DNA of 64,000 nucleotides from Anaerolineae bacterium (GTDB taxonomy: Bacteria > Chloroflexota > Anaerolineae > UBA1429). Below, piece by piece: positions 20,585-29,508 of the stretch. Positions within the stretch are counted from its first letter, which is position 1; every line of letters begins with the position of its first letter. The stretch covers positions 2,592,001 to 2,656,000 of the forward strand of contig OY776562.1 of NCBI GenBank assembly GCA_963675785.1, in the 5' to 3' direction. Under the pieces are notes generated by a model, which was given only the letters and a program-made list of their open reading frames with translations, ran no database searches and was not told the origin of the DNA. The translations under genes and the position numbers were made by a program.

Positions 20585-21607
20585 TCAGAACTGGCCAGCA
20601 ATGACCGCTCCGCAGTAACCGCAACGATCGCCGTTCATGTGTTTGCCGCGTATCACATATCCAGAACGCTCGATAATCACTTTGCCACACACTGGGCAGA
20701 TCGTATCCTCACCCTGGCTGCCAGGCACATTGCCAATGTAGACATGTTTCAAGCCGTTTTCGTAACCGATCTCGCGGGCACGTACCAGGCGAGCAGGCGG
20801 CGTTGGCGACACATCCAACATGCGAAACGTTGGGTGAAAGCGACTCACGTGCCAGGGCGTATCCGGCCCCAGTTCGTGGGCAATAAAACTGGCAACATCC
20901 GCCAATTCTTCATCGCTGTCGTTCTTGCCAGGAATAACCAGCGTAGTCACCTCTAACCAGATACCTCGCTCTTTGATTAACTTTAGACTATCCAACACTG
21001 GCTGAAGCCGTGCGCCGCACTCTTGCCGATAAAAATCATCGCGAAAGCTCTTGAGGTCCACGTTCGCTGCATCGAGTAGAGGTGGCACCTCTCGCTCCGA
21101 AACCACTTCCAGCATCTCGCGGCTCATGTAGCCGTTGGTCACAAACACGTTGGCGATCTTGGCTTCACGAGCCAGTTGCGCCGTATCTCTTGCATATTCA
21201 AAAAAAACAGTCGGCTCTGTATAGGTATAGGCGATGGAACGACACTTGTAACGCAGGGCCGCGACGACCAAAGCCTCAGGAGAAACATACTGCCCCTTGG
21301 GAACAGCGTCATCCCGCAATTGCGAGATGTCGGCGTTCTGACAAAAGGTACAGCGAAAATTGCACCCTGCCGTAGCAAACGAAAACGCATCACTGCCCGG
21401 GTAAAAATGAAAAAGCGGTTTCTTCTCGATGGGGTCTACTGCCTGGGCAACAGGATAACCATACACCACTGTGTGCAAAACGCCGCCTTCGTTGCGCCGC
21501 ACACCGCAGATTCCGGTGCCGCCCTCGCGAATGAGGCACTGGTGCGCGCACAAACGACAGCGCACATCGTTACCCGGTAGTGTGTCAAACAATAAGGCTT
21601 CCCTCAT
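20585..21607 (-). CDS. amrS: AmmeMemoRadiSam system radical SAM enzyme
   Basis: CxxCxxxC N-terminus, DPIEKKPLFHF, GCNFRCTFCQN, AYTYTEP, HVSRFHP, YIGNV, C-terminal CxxC pairs. Confidence 0.92.
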   Translation of the reverse strand: MREALLFDTLPGNDVRCRLCAHQCLIREGGTGICGVRRNEGGVLHTVVYGYPVAQAVDPIEKKPLFHFYPGSDAFSFATAGCNFRCTFCQNADISQLRDDAVPKGQYVSPEALVVAALRYKCRSIAYTYTEPTVFFEYARDTAQLAREAKIANVFVTNGYMSREMLEVVSEREVPPLLDAANVDLKSFRDDFYRQECGARLQPVLDSLKLIKERGIWLEVTTLVIPGKNDSDEELADVASFIAHELGPDTPWHVSRFHPTFRMLDVSPTPPARLVRAREIGYENGLKHVYIGNVPGSQGEDTICPVCGKVIIERSGYVIRGKHMNGDRCGYCGAVIAGQF

Positions 21608-21655
21608 CACCGCCTCCTCTAGCAGGCGTCCCACCAATTATCAGGCAGTTCCTGC

Positions 21656-21994
21656 TTATTCAGGCCGAGGAATCACGCAGACAAACTGCATCAGGCTATC
21701 GCCTGTATTGATGAACTGGTGCTTTTCGTTGGGCGCCACATAAGCAAACATCCCCGGAACAAGTTCAGTGCGGTTACCATCTGCGTTTTGTACCTCACAC
21801 TTGCCGGCAACCATAAACACTTCGTGCTCCCACGGATGGGTATGATACTCGGTGGCTGCGCCAGGTTGTACCTCGATCATGCGCATGTAGAAATTGGGAG
21901 CATCCACATTCTTGGCCAGCATCCAGCGCACGCGCATGGTTCCAGCCTCATCCACATTCATTGCCTCAACCTGGTCCGTTCGCAACAACTTCAT
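21656..21994 (-). CDS. Cupin domain protein
   Basis: APNFYMR, HTHPWEHE, PNEKHQF metal-binding cupin motifs. Confidence 0.88.
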   Translation of the reverse strand: MKLLRTDQVEAMNVDEAGTMRVRWMLAKNVDAPNFYMRMIEVQPGAATEYHTHPWEHEVFMVAGKCEVQNADGNRTELVPGMFAYVAPNEKHQFINTGDSLMQFVCVIPRPE

Positions 21995-22865
21995 TTGCTA
22001 TCTCCTGCATTTCATCTCGAGAAGCGCCAACAAGCGTCCTCAGAATGTCCAAACTCCATTTGTCCTGTACAAGAGTTACGTCTTTGGGCGTCTCTAGTAC
22101 CATGGAAACACCAGCCAGGCGAGAATCGTTCGCCAATCGCCAAAAAGCGGCCAGGCCGATCATTCCCCGACCAATATGCTCATGCCGATCCACCCCACTA
22201 CCGAGTTCTCGTTTCGAGTCGTTCAGATGGATCAGATCGAGATGCTCCAGGCCGATGATTCGATCAAATGCCTGCCAGGTAATATCATAACCTTCTTGCG
22301 TGCTCAGATCATAGCCTGCAGCGAACACATGAGCGGTATCTAGACAAAAGCCCAGGCGTTGCGATTGATTTACCCGCTCGCCAATCGTAGCGAGTTCTTC
22401 AAATGTGTGCCCAATGCTCGTGCCCTGTCCGGCCGTCGTCTCTAGCAGCAGGCGTGTCTCTTCCGTTTCAGCCAGCACCCGATTAACGGCCTCAGCAACA
22501 CGTCGGATACCAGCATCTGCGCCACTACCCACGTGGGCCCCGGGGTGAAGCACATAACCGGGGATATCTAACATCTTGCTGCGCCTCAACTCGTCACGAG
22601 CGGCCTTTTGGGACTTTTGCCACAAGGCCTCATCCGGTGTAGCCAGATTGATGAGGTACGAGCCGTGGGCAGCAACAGCATGAACGCCTGTCTCTTGCTG
22701 AGCCGACTGCCAAGCGACAACCTGATCTGCGGTAAGAGCCGGTGCCTGCCAACGGTTGTTGTTCCGCGTAAACACTTGCACCACATCACAACCGACACTT
22801 TGGCCCCGCTCGATAGCTCGTACGGGCCCGCCAGCTATGGACATGTGTGCACCAAATTGTACCAT
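21966..22865 (-). CDS. nfo: Endonuclease IV
   Basis: GAHMSIAGG, HGSYLINLA, LETTAGQG, CLDTAH, HLNDSK, DRHEHIG. Confidence 0.95.
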   Translation of the reverse strand: MVQFGAHMSIAGGPVRAIERGQSVGCDVVQVFTRNNNRWQAPALTADQVVAWQSAQQETGVHAVAAHGSYLINLATPDEALWQKSQKAARDELRRSKMLDIPGYVLHPGAHVGSGADAGIRRVAEAVNRVLAETEETRLLLETTAGQGTSIGHTFEELATIGERVNQSQRLGFCLDTAHVFAAGYDLSTQEGYDITWQAFDRIIGLEHLDLIHLNDSKRELGSGVDRHEHIGRGMIGLAAFWRLANDSRLAGVSMVLETPKDVTLVQDKWSLDILRTLVGASRDEMQEIANEVVANGPG

Positions 22866-22909
22866 AGTCTCTCCCCAATTCTATGTTGACGACTCGATGG
22901 GGTCAATGT

Positions 22910-22946
22910 AAAAAAAGAGACGGAGAACACCCTTGTTCTCCGCCTC
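22910..22946 (-). terminator. Terminator of the trxA-fmdB-csoR operon
   Basis: Minus strand GAGGCGGAGAACA-aggg-TGTTCTCCGTCTC-TTTTTTT. Confidence 0.8.
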
Positions 22947-22959
22947 AAATATCTATTCC

Positions 22960-23226
22960 CTATGAAGGAAGATGAAGCAAAAAGTCCACAATCGTATCGA
23001 TATCATCACCAGAACTGCTGCAATCCGAACTGGATAGACAGGTCAAAGCGTACTGTCGGGCAAGCTCAACGCTGACGCTGCGCGTCGCAGCGCGAACGGA
23101 TGCAAGTTGGTTTAGAACCTCTTTGCAGTCCCGGTCTTCCTCCAGCATGCGCTGAATACCTTGCGTCTGTCCCTCGATGCGGCGCAGACGTCTGATGAGA
23201 TCATCACGCTGTTCTGGTGATATCAT
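22960..23226 (-). CDS. CsoR/RcnR family repressor (non-canonical Cys-Tyr-Cys fingerprint)
   Basis: RLRRIEGQ..GIQRMLEEDRDC..VLNQLASVRAA; YALTC where copper sensors have HxxxC. Confidence 0.9.
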   Translation of the reverse strand: MISPEQRDDLIRRLRRIEGQTQGIQRMLEEDRDCKEVLNQLASVRAATRSVSVELARQYALTCLSSSDCSSSGDDIDTIVDFLLHLPS

Positions 23227-23284
23227 CCCTTAAACTCCTGGGCCAACATTCTTGCGACGCTCACTAGCGTCGAGGACCAATGCC

Positions 23285-23470
23285 TCAACCGCCCGTAGGC
23301 GCACAGCTGGATGACCCTGAACCCCAGCTTCCGCCAAAGCTAGAAACTTGTTTAACACAATCCTTACTGTGACACTGCGGACACTCTATTTCACCATTAC
23401 TGTTAAAGGAACGCACCAGCTTTTCAAATACGTGTCCACACGTATTACAGCTATACTCGTAAATCGGCAT
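23285..23470 (-). CDS. FmdB family zinc-ribbon protein (possible Sec readthrough to 23264)
   Basis: MPIYEYSCxxCGHxFE...CPQCHS; ends CAPTGG-TGA followed by a hairpin. Confidence 0.88.
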   Translation of the reverse strand: MPIYEYSCNTCGHVFEKLVRSFNSNGEIECPQCHSKDCVKQVSSFGGSWGSGSSSCAPTGG

Positions 23471-23482
23471 CAGTTCACACCT

Positions 23483-23815
23483 CTAGGCCGTAATCGCTGC
23501 GTCGATCTTTTGCTTGAGCACAGGCTTGGGGGCGAACCCAACCATGCGATCGACTTCTTTGCCACCAGAGAACAGAATAAGCGTGGGAATACCACGAATG
23601 CCCAGTTTTCCAGGCACTTCGGGATTCTCGTCTGTGTTCACCTTGGCGACGACAAGCTTGCCAACGTACTCATCAGCCAGTTCCTCAACGATGGGGGCAA
23701 TCATGCGGCAAGGACCGCACCATGGCGCCCAAAAGTCTACCAATACCGGGGTTTCTGCCTGAAGAACATCGCTATCGAATGTGGCATCTGAAACGTGCTT
23801 GATCGCGTCACTCAT
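23483..23815 (-). CDS. trxA: Thioredoxin
   Basis: VDFWAPWCGPC, GIPTL; SD AGGAG before ATG 23815. Confidence 0.96.
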   Translation of the reverse strand: MSDAIKHVSDATFDSDVLQAETPVLVDFWAPWCGPCRMIAPIVEELADEYVGKLVVAKVNTDENPEVPGKLGIRGIPTLILFSGGKEVDRMVGFAPKPVLKQKIDAAITA

Positions 23816-23877
23816 TGCCTGACTCCTTGTAGCTAAGTGGATTCTCAATACTGCAGGGACTTTGTGTCGTCTATGGG

Positions 23878-23894
23878 ATACCCCCCTACAGTAT
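23878..23894. promoter_or_regulatory. Putative CsoR-family operator 1 (ATACCCCCCTACAGTAT)
   Basis: ATAC/GTAT inverted ends flanking a C-tract; overlaps the predicted start site of the trxA promoter. Confidence 0.7.
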
Positions 23895-23898
23895 TGAT

Positions 23899-23927
23899 AG
23901 TATAGAACACTCGGCGTACTATGTCAA
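23899..23927 (-). promoter_or_regulatory. Promoter of trxA operon
   Basis: TTGACA-17 nt-TATACT on the minus strand. Confidence 0.75.
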
Positions 23928-23943
23928 GAAGGATAAATCACAA

Positions 23944-24414
23944 ATGCTATCTTGTCCGATTCCGGGATACAGGGATTATCAGTTTGAATATCTCGTTCTA
24001 GACCTTAACGGGACGCTATCAATCGATGGCGTGCTGCTGGACGGTGTTAGTGAACGTCTGACCGAGCTCAGTCAACAACTCGAGATATACATGGTAACCG
24101 CGGACACCCAGGGAACGGCTGCAACCATCGCTACAAAATTGGGCATCCATTTGTACAAATTATCTGCCGAACTCGGCACTCCACAAAAAGCCCTGTTCGT
24201 TGAGCAACTCGGGGCCGAACACGTAGTGGCCATGGGTAATGGCGCCAACGATATGGCCATGTTCGAACGCGCTGCCCTTGGCATCGCCATCGTGGGAACA
24301 GAAGGTCTGGCTGTACAAGCATTAGCCCAGGCGGATATCGTGGTAACCAATCCATGTGATGGTCTTGATCTACTCATTCACCCTAAACGCCTGATTGCCA
24401 CGCTGAGGCGATAG
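23944..24414 (+). CDS. HAD family hydrolase (soluble P-type ATPase-like)
   Basis: LVLDLNGTL, TADT, MGNGAND motifs. Confidence 0.85.
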   Translation: MLSCPIPGYRDYQFEYLVLDLNGTLSIDGVLLDGVSERLTELSQQLEIYMVTADTQGTAATIATKLGIHLYKLSAELGTPQKALFVEQLGAEHVVAMGNGANDMAMFERAALGIAIVGTEGLAVQALAQADIVVTNPCDGLDLLIHPKRLIATLRR

Positions 24415-24531
24415 GGATATTGCTCCAGACAATAGCAGCGTGTACAATCAGTGGCGTACTGCTCCAGAAAATATTGGGCTTCCTCGCCCAGTTTGTGTGT
24501 CATAACCAGATAGTGCTCCAGGAGAAACGAT

Positions 24532-25242
24532 ATGCCCTACAAGGACTTTTCGGAGCTCGTCCTCCATGAACAACGAGAGCAGAGCTTTGAGATATCGATC
24601 ATCGACCGCAATGAACAAATCACCATGGCCGCGGTACATGGAGGTCCCATTGAGGTACTAACAGATCTCCTCGCTGAGCTTGCCGCTGGCAAAATCTGCA
24701 ATTACTATGTTTTCAAAGCGACAGATCCAACCAAAGCCGAGTCTTTTCGCATCCCGGTAACACGGTTCAATGAACTCCGCCTCAAGAACCTCATGGAACG
24801 CTCGCGCACTACGGTGCATATTGATGGCATTCCCGGCAGTGCACTTTGCGTTGGGCTGGGAACGCCCGATGAAAATCTTGGAACTGCCATGACGACGAGT
24901 TTGCAAGAGGCCGGATTTGAGGTCGGTGGATTGTGGCACCCAGCCGATGTGTACGGTGGCTATCATTTCTTTTCCCACGGCCGTGATGCCAACGTGCAGA
25001 TCGAACTCTCTACAGCGCTACGTGAAACTCTCGTTGAGGGTGGAGATGACGGCAGGTTCATGCTCAACGAACGAGCCCAGGCACTCGCCTCTGCCATACT
25101 CTCTGGCGCACGCACCTATCTCATCAATCGCGATATGGATCTCACTAGAACGATGGCCTGGTTCGATGAAACAACTGATCAAGTAAAAAAGGCAATATTA
25201 AAAGACGGTGGTGACCAACACCATCATCATGAACACGCTTAG
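24532..25242 (+). CDS. Poly-gamma-glutamate hydrolase-like (DUF867/YjqB) protein with His-rich tail
   Basis: AVHGGPIE, NYYVFK, TRFNE, VQIELS motifs; C-terminal HHHHEHA. Confidence 0.65.
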   Translation: MPYKDFSELVLHEQREQSFEISIIDRNEQITMAAVHGGPIEVLTDLLAELAAGKICNYYVFKATDPTKAESFRIPVTRFNELRLKNLMERSRTTVHIDGIPGSALCVGLGTPDENLGTAMTTSLQEAGFEVGGLWHPADVYGGYHFFSHGRDANVQIELSTALRETLVEGGDDGRFMLNERAQALASAILSGARTYLINRDMDLTRTMAWFDETTDQVKKAILKDGGDQHHHHEHA

Positions 25243-25253
25243 GGGAGGATGCT

Positions 25254-28200
25254 TTGGTCTCGTTCGTTCATCTGCATGTTCATAGCGAGTATTCGTTGCT
25301 TGACGGCCTGGCAAAACTGCCCGACTTGTGTACTCGTGCCGCAGAAACCGGTATGCAAGCACTGGCACTGACGGATCACGGATCCATGTATGGCACCATC
25401 AAATTCTCGCATGCGGCAGAAGCAGCCGGCATCAAACCTCTCTATGGTTGCGAACTGTATGAGGCTCCCCGCGCCCGCTATGACAAAGAGGCCCAGGATC
25501 GCCGACCATATCACTTGGTTCTTATCGCTGAGAATCAGATCGGCTACAAGAACCTGCTCAAGCTTGTTTCTTTGGCCAACTTGGAAGGCTTTTATTATAA
25601 ACCGCGAATTGACCGCGAACTCCTCCAGCAATACTCGGAGGGGCTGATCTGTCTTTCAGCCTGTTTAGCTGGCAGGCTATCGCGCTTGGTCGCCGAGAAT
25701 CGCATGGATGATGCCAGAGAAGCCGTGACATGGTATCTGGATACTTTTGGCCGCGGCAATTTCTTTATCGAAGTGCAGCGCCATGCAGGTATCCCCGAGC
25801 AAGAACCCGTCAACCAAAAGTTATTCCAGCTTGCACAAGAATTTGACGTGCCTTGTGTGGCTACCGCAGATGTCCACTATGCCCATCGCGAGGATGCCAA
25901 GGCGCAAGAGCTCTTGTTGGCCATTCAAACGCAAACCACGATTAACGATCCCAACCGTATGCGTATGGGCGGCGATGACTTTTACTTGCTTTCTCCCGAG
26001 GAGATGAACGACCTCTGGCCCGATCACCCTGAGGTCTTAGCGAACACCAACCTCATCGCCGAACGCTGCAATGTTTCGGTGGGTTTTACCGAGTACCATC
26101 TGCCCAAGGTTGATGTGCCAGAGGGCTATACCGCAGAAGAGTATCTCCGAAAAAAGGCGTACGAGGGATTGGCCTGGCGATATGGTCAGGTTACGCCCGA
26201 GCTTGAACAGCGCATGGATTATGAGCTGGGTATCATCCACGGCATGGGTTTTGATGACTATTTTCTCATCAACATGGACCTCATGGACTGGGCCAAGAAT
26301 CGCGCCAAAATGCTCATCGGGCCGGGGCGCGGATCAGCATCCAACAGCATTGTGAGTTATTCGCTCAACATCACCGATCTTGACCCCATTGCCAACGGCC
26401 TCCTTTTTGAACGTTTCTTGAACCCCGGGCGCATCACCATGCCGGATATCGACCTCGACTATCCCGAAGACCGTCGCCAAGAGGTTATCGACTATCTCAG
26501 CCAGCGCTATGGTCAGGATAAAACGGCCCAGATCGCCACCTTTGGCACCCTGGCACCGCGCATGGCTATCCGTGATGTAGGCCGTGCCATGGGTATCGGC
26601 ATTGCTGAAGTAGACCACATCGCCAAAATGGTGCCTTCAGGCCCCAAAGTACACATCTCGGATGCGCTCAATGTGCCCGAGCTCAAAGCCGAATACGATA
26701 CCATCCCTTGGGTACATGAACTCATCGACTATTGCGCCAAAGTTGAGGGTGTTTCGCGTCATCTCTCTACCCACGCCGCTGGTGTGCTCATCACCGATGT
26801 GCCCCTCGTCGAATATTGCTCGGTGCAACAGGCACCGCGTGGAGAGGGTATCATCTCACAGTATTGCATGAGCGATGTCGAAGAAATAGGCCTACTGAAA
26901 CTTGATGTGCTGGGACTTTCCACACTGACTATCCTTGACCGCACATTTCGCTGGATTAAACGCACGGCGGGAGAGGAAGTCAACCAGCACTCTATTCCGC
27001 TTGATGATCCCGACACGTATGCCCTTTTATCCAGAGGCGAGACCGTTGGTGTGTTCCAGCTCGAAAGCGGAGGCATGACGCGTACCGTCAAAGAAATGCA
27101 GCCCACCGAGTTCTCTGACATTGTGGCCTTGTTGGCACTCTATCGCCCAGGCCCTATGGAGTTCATCCCTAACTACATCGCCCGCAAATACGGCCGTGAG
27201 TCAGTCGAATACCGACATCCTTCTCTGGAACCCCTCTTGAAAGAAACCTACGGCATCATCGTCTATCAGGAACAGATCATCAAAATCGCCTCAGAGCTGG
27301 CCGGTTACTCGCTGAGCGAAGCCGATTTGATGCGCCGGGCCGTGGGCAAGAAAAAGCTCAAAGCGCTAGAAGAGCAGCATAGCCAATTTGTCACGGGAAC
27401 GATACACAACGGCATCCCCAAAGAGGCTGCCGAAGCCATCTTTGCCGATATTGAAAAGTTTGCCAATTACGGCTTCCCCAAAGGACATGCGGCCGGCTAT
27501 GCCGTCATTACCCTGCAAACGGCCTATCTTAAAGCCCACTACCCTGCCCAGTTCCTCACAGGTATGCTCTCGGTCGAACGAGGCAATGCCGATAAGGTTG
27601 CCCTCTTTATCAACGAGTGCAAACGCATGGGTATCGCTGTTAGACCCCCGGACATCAATCTGTCTGAAGTAGATTTTTCGCTCGAACCCTTGAACATAAA
27701 TAACGGCCAGCACGTTAGCGAGCAAATACTCGCAGCTGCAGATACCTATGCTATCCGCTATGGTCTGGGGGGAATCAAAAATGTGGGGGATGGGCCTGCC
27801 GGTACTATCGTTGAAGCACGCGGAGATCAGCCCTTTGAAAGCATTGGCGATTTCGTAGAGCGCGTTGACCTCCGACAGGTGAACAAGCGCGTGCTCGAAT
27901 GCCTCGTACGCGCCGGTGCTTTTGACTCGTTGGGCAATCGATCCGCTATTCTCGCCGATATCGACAAAATCGTTGGCGAAAGCCAGCGCATCCATCGCAA
28001 TAAAGAGATCGGACAGCGCAGTTTATTCGACCTAGCCCCCGCAAGCGGCAACGCTGAGCTTTCTACCTTTACCCTGAGTGCAAACGTACCCGATCTCAGC
28101 AGGCGCCAACGACTGCAGGATGAAAAAGAGCTTTTGGGCGTGTACATGTCGGCTCATCCACTGGACGGGGTCCGAACACAAGACGGCGAGAACATGAACA

Positions 28201-28745
28201 ACTCGGCCGATATTGACGAGACCATGAAGGGAAACAAAGTCCGGTTGGTGGGGTTACTTTCTGCCATCAGAACCATTACAACAAAGAAGAATACGCGCAT
28301 GGCCTTTGCCCAGCTTGAGGATATGACGGGAATCATAGAACTCACATTTTTCCCGCGAACTTATGAAAGCTGCAAGGATGAATTGACCGAAGAGAGCGTG
28401 GTTGTGCTGGAAGGCAAAGTGGACGTCCGTAATGAAAAATGCCAGATCATCGTGGATACTCTGTCCAAGTACGAGGCAACCAGGCCAGGCAATGGCAAAA
28501 GCTCGGCAAACAGATTAACGCTACGTGTCCCACTATCAAGCAGGAACAACTCGGAAGTTCAACTCATCGATCATCTTGTGCACCTGTTTGAGAACAATGC
28601 TGGTGCAGTTCCCGTCGAGCTTACCTTTGAAAGCACGGAGGGAGCAGTGAAGATGCAAATGAACAGCGGCGGCGTAAATTTGACGGACCTGCTCACGGGT
28701 GAGCTGGTCCGCCTAATTGGTCGTGATAACTTTTCCATAGCCTGA
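25254..28745 (+). CDS. dnaE: DNA polymerase III alpha subunit
   Basis: FVHLHVHSEYSLLDG PHP domain, GRGS, PDIDLD, C-terminal OB fold. Confidence 0.96.
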   Translation: MVSFVHLHVHSEYSLLDGLAKLPDLCTRAAETGMQALALTDHGSMYGTIKFSHAAEAAGIKPLYGCELYEAPRARYDKEAQDRRPYHLVLIAENQIGYKNLLKLVSLANLEGFYYKPRIDRELLQQYSEGLICLSACLAGRLSRLVAENRMDDAREAVTWYLDTFGRGNFFIEVQRHAGIPEQEPVNQKLFQLAQEFDVPCVATADVHYAHREDAKAQELLLAIQTQTTINDPNRMRMGGDDFYLLSPEEMNDLWPDHPEVLANTNLIAERCNVSVGFTEYHLPKVDVPEGYTAEEYLRKKAYEGLAWRYGQVTPELEQRMDYELGIIHGMGFDDYFLINMDLMDWAKNRAKMLIGPGRGSASNSIVSYSLNITDLDPIANGLLFERFLNPGRITMPDIDLDYPEDRRQEVIDYLSQRYGQDKTAQIATFGTLAPRMAIRDVGRAMGIGIAEVDHIAKMVPSGPKVHISDALNVPELKAEYDTIPWVHELIDYCAKVEGVSRHLSTHAAGVLITDVPLVEYCSVQQAPRGEGIISQYCMSDVEEIGLLKLDVLGLSTLTILDRTFRWIKRTAGEEVNQHSIPLDDPDTYALLSRGETVGVFQLESGGMTRTVKEMQPTEFSDIVALLALYRPGPMEFIPNYIARKYGRESVEYRHPSLEPLLKETYGIIVYQEQIIKIASELAGYSLSEADLMRRAVGKKKLKALEEQHSQFVTGTIHNGIPKEAAEAIFADIEKFANYGFPKGHAAGYAVITLQTAYLKAHYPAQFLTGMLSVERGNADKVALFINECKRMGIAVRPPDINLSEVDFSLEPLNINNGQHVSEQILAAADTYAIRYGLGGIKNVGDGPAGTIVEARGDQPFESIGDFVERVDLRQVNKRVLECLVRAGAFDSLGNRSAILADIDKIVGESQRIHRNKEIGQRSLFDLAPASGNAELSTFTLSANVPDLSRRQRLQDEKELLGVYMSAHPLDGVRTQDGENMNNSADIDETMKGNKVRLVGLLSAIRTITTKKNTRMAFAQLEDMTGIIELTFFPRTYESCKDELTEESVVVLEGKVDVRNEKCQIIVDTLSKYEATRPGNGKSSANRLTLRVPLSSRNNSEVQLIDHLVHLFENNAGAVPVELTFESTEGAVKMQMNSGGVNLTDLLTGELVRLIGRDNFSIA

Positions 28746-28753
28746 CGTATCTG

Positions 28754-29407
28754 CTAGATGCGCCTTATAACACCGATGAGGCGGCCCTGTATTTGTAGGT
28801 TAGCTGGATGAACATAGATCGGCGCCATATTGGGATTGGCCGGTTGGAGCCGAACAAGGTTCGTCCCTTTGTCCCAAAAGATCTGTTTTAGCGTTGTGGC
28901 TTTTTCATCATTCAGCCAGGCGGCTACCATATCGCCATTTTCGGCATTCTGTTGATACTGCATCAGCACGAGATCGCCATCATTGATCAAGGCATCGATC
29001 ATGGAAATACCGCGCACCCGAAGCGCGTAAACTTGATTGGCATCGCCAACCAATTCTTCGGGAACGGGAACAAGTTCCTGATTTTCATAGTCAGCATCTG
29101 GGATAGGGAGCGGCTCGCCAGCAGCGATAAAGCCTAACAACGGCACCATGGTCACATTCTCAGAGCCGCCCTGATCGTCGAGGGTTTCATCAATCAGTTT
29201 GAGGCCGCGCGAGACGTCGGGATCACGCATTAAGAAACCCTTGCGCTGTAGTACATCGAGGTTATAACTAACAACAGAGGTAGAAGAGATGCCGACTACT
29301 TCGCCAATCTGCCGCAAGGTAGGTGGATAACCCGTCTCGTCACAGAATTCGCGAATGGTTTCCAATATCTGACGCTGGCGTTCTGTAAGCCTCGGATGGT
29401 CTGACAT
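28754..29407 (-). CDS. lexA: SOS repressor LexA
   Basis: GYPPTLRQI wHTH, IAAGEP cleavage site, GISMIDA Ser, TLK Lys. Confidence 0.96.
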   Translation of the reverse strand: MSDHPRLTERQRQILETIREFCDETGYPPTLRQIGEVVGISSTSVVSYNLDVLQRKGFLMRDPDVSRGLKLIDETLDDQGGSENVTMVPLLGFIAAGEPLPIPDADYENQELVPVPEELVGDANQVYALRVRGISMIDALINDGDLVLMQYQQNAENGDMVAAWLNDEKATTLKQIFWDKGTNLVRLQPANPNMAPIYVHPANLQIQGRLIGVIRRI

Positions 29408-29434
29408 GGGCCCCTCTCTACATGATGTGGCCCA

Positions 29435-29463
29435 ATTATATGTGAACAAATGTTCTATGTCAA
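29435..29463 (-). promoter_or_regulatory. lexA promoter with SOS box GAAC-AAAT-GTTC (29444-29455) in the spacer
   Basis: TTGACA-17 nt-TATAAT; GAAC-N4-GTTC is the Gram-positive/Chloroflexi LexA box. Confidence 0.88.
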
Positions 29464-29508
29464 GGATTGCACAATAAACTCGTGCAGCATTGAAGGGAAT
29501 CCTCCACT

